64,000 nucleotides of DNA from Hemiscyllium ocellatum (lineage: Eukaryota): positions 45,263,181 to 45,327,180 of the forward strand of contig NC_083412.1 in NCBI RefSeq assembly GCF_020745735.1, given 5' to 3'. Each line of letters starts with the position of its first letter. Positions within the stretch are counted from its first letter, which is position 1. Both the position numbers and the translations under genes were made by a program. The notes beneath the pieces are model-generated. The model did no database searches. It was not told where the DNA came from and saw only the letters and a list, made by a program, of their open reading frames with translations. Below, one piece after another: positions 62,065-64,000 of the stretch.

Positions 62065-62313
62065 ATTTGCTTAGCGGAAATCTCCACTGCAGGTGCTTTC
62101 ACAGAAGCTCTTCTCTTGTCAACAGTTTTCTCTGATAATTCCTTCAGGCCACAGAAAAAAACATTCTCTTTTCATATCATCATGAAATCCATCAGTCATA
62201 AACTTTGAGAAATTCTTTAACCGCTTGAAATACTTCCTTCTGCTTTTTTCTTTTGAAAACACTGGATTGTAATAATAGGGTTCTTGATCAATGAATATGT
62301 TACAAGTCCATAT
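62065..62313 (-). pseudogene. Disrupted exon-like segment
   Basis: Acceptor gtttattag|, donor AAAT|gtgagg, 249 bp, purine-rich; no frame is open throughout. Confidence 0.2.
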
Positions 62314-62369
62314 CTAATAAACATAGCCCCTTGCAAATATTCTTGTGCATTTTCTCAAAACTATGTTTG

Positions 62370-62710
62370 GTATTCCCCTATTTTAAATTCTTTCATGGGA
62401 TGCATGAGTCACAGTAAGGGCAGCATTTTCTGGCTGTTCCTAATTTAAGGTTTGCATTTCAAGTTAAGAGTCAAACATATTGCTTTAGGTATGGTTTCTC
62501 ATGTAGGCTTGACAAGGTAAAGACACCAGTTTCCCCCCCCACAATTCATCAGTAGATTTATACAGTAATTGATGGTAGTTTCATATTCATAATTACAGTG
62601 AATGTAGCTTTTTAACATCAGATTTATGCTTTTGAGATGGTGAGATTTGAACATATGCCCTAGAGCATCAACTCTGGATTACTAGTCCTTGACATTACCA
62701 CTGCACTATT
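62370..62710 (-). mobile_element. Old tRNA-headed SINE, same family as 18480-18720
   Basis: ctggattactagtccttgacattaccactgcacta. Confidence 0.45.
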
Positions 62711-62977
62711 GTTTCACTGTAATTATATTAATAAATGCCAACATGCTTAAACAGATTTTAGGTTTATGGACTTAATGCATAACTTGTGCTTTCAATGTGG
62801 AGGACTTAGCCTCAATACTTGTAATTTCTATTTTCATAATAGTTTGTTTTAAATTTTGCTCTTTAATCGTTGGTAAGATCATCAATTTTTTTTCACTTTG
62901 ACTATGAGAGCAACTGTCATACTGTGATGAGAAGTGGGCAATTTTCTAATACTTTTAGAACTTAAATTTTAAAATAG

Positions 62978-63711
62978 TGTTATGTAGAATTTGGGTATTT
63001 TTGTTAAAAATGTTTCTTTGGTAAATTAACTAGGTCCGAGTGTTCTTGCAAAACAGTGATCTAATCTAGTTTGTGTCAGAGTACAAGGACTACCTAGAAT
63101 TTCATGGAAAAGAGTTTTTATTGTGGTGAGTTGTAAGAGGTGAGGTAAGCATTGAAGGCACATGCTTGTTTTTTGTTCAAGAAGCAGTGATTTTAGCTTA
63201 AAAAAGCCAGAGGCTGAGTGCCTTTAGAGTGTTTGGAGGAGACGTGATGAGAGTCAGAAACAAATATAGGTTTTCCTCCAAGAAAACAGCATGGCACGGT
63301 TCAGGAAAAGAAGTTAACTCAGTAGAAAACTTCAGCTGTGTAACTTCCAAATCAGGCTGGAGATTTGTCAGTTACTTTTACCTGAAAAAGGCTACCCTCT
63401 CATTTTTGAGAGTATTCACGTACAAAATCTTCACAATTCAGAAGAGCAAACTACAGAAAACCATTAGTAGAACTTAGAGATTTGATAGCAAGGTGTAATT
63501 TCTCTGGATTTACATTCACTGAGTGTACATTGGGTTGTTTTCTAATGCAGTGGCCTCCAAACAGTTTATGCACAGATTCACTTTTTAAATGCAATCCAGA
63601 CTCCACCATTAAGGAAATGTAGAGTAAAAGTTTACTTTTCGGATCTATAAATCTGAAATAAAGTATACCTAAGTACTGATTATATCCTGTGCTCAAAATG
63701 TCTGTGTGACA
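62978..63711 (+). mobile_element. Probable solo LTR (734 bp)
   Basis: TGTTA...TGACA termini; AATAAA at 63657 about 50 bp before the end; no TSD seen. Confidence 0.45.
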
Positions 63712-63862
63712 CATGTGACTGTACTTCATCTGTTCTGCCTTTGAAATCCGGGTTGAAGTTGGAGACTGTGAGTCATGTACAGTCCACTAAATGGATATCT
63801 GTGAGGTGAGTGTGAGACATGGACTTGATTATTTTTGTTTGGGAGACTGCTGTCTCTCAGTA

Positions 63863-64000
63863 CAGATCATTCTGCGCATTTTGTTAACGGAATTCAATAT
63901 AACGCGATTGACGAACTGGGGCACTATTTCTAAAATGTGAACTTTTAGAACATGTTGGCTGTAACAGGATTACATTGCCACCACTTTTAAGTGCTGTTTC
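63863..64000. mobile_element. Start of a Tigger-like element running off the window
   Basis: TA|CAGATCATTCT resembles the TIR of 16011-17480. Confidence 0.45.

Noticed and set aside
63229-63729. ORFs 63229-63477 and 63451-63729
   Set aside because: Inside a probable solo LTR; no recognisable motifs.

Overview
AT-rich, repeat-dominated vertebrate genomic DNA, almost certainly from a cartilaginous fish (shark or ray). An intact HE1-type V-SINE and about 25 fragments of CR1 (HER1-like) LINEs support this. Nearly all ORFs in the supplied track are CR1 ORF2 debris, antisense shadows of it, or chance ORFs. Other mobile DNA: solo-LTR-like elements, Tc1/mariner (Tigger-like) non-autonomous elements, and Penelope-like element (PLE) remnants with a GIY-YIG endonuclease C-terminus. 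The most notable signal is about 17 short insertions from four unrelated families. Many are head-to-head palindromes flanked by 8-18 bp target-site duplications, and each family carries a minimal type-I hammerhead ribozyme (CUGANGA + 1 extra nt - stem II - GAAA - palindromic ACGU/AGCU - NUH). One copy (10165-10200) has a fully intact core. Between the repeats, four purine-rich minus-strand exon-like segments (10730 down to 2893) splice in frame into about 230-260 aa of an unidentified Lys/Glu-rich protein. Further upstream exon-like pieces are partly disrupted, so this is a fast-evolving gene or a decaying pseudogene. There is also a 4-unit tandem array of hairpin + A-tail units at 52.2-53.1 kb. 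Repeat boundaries are approximate, read by eye.
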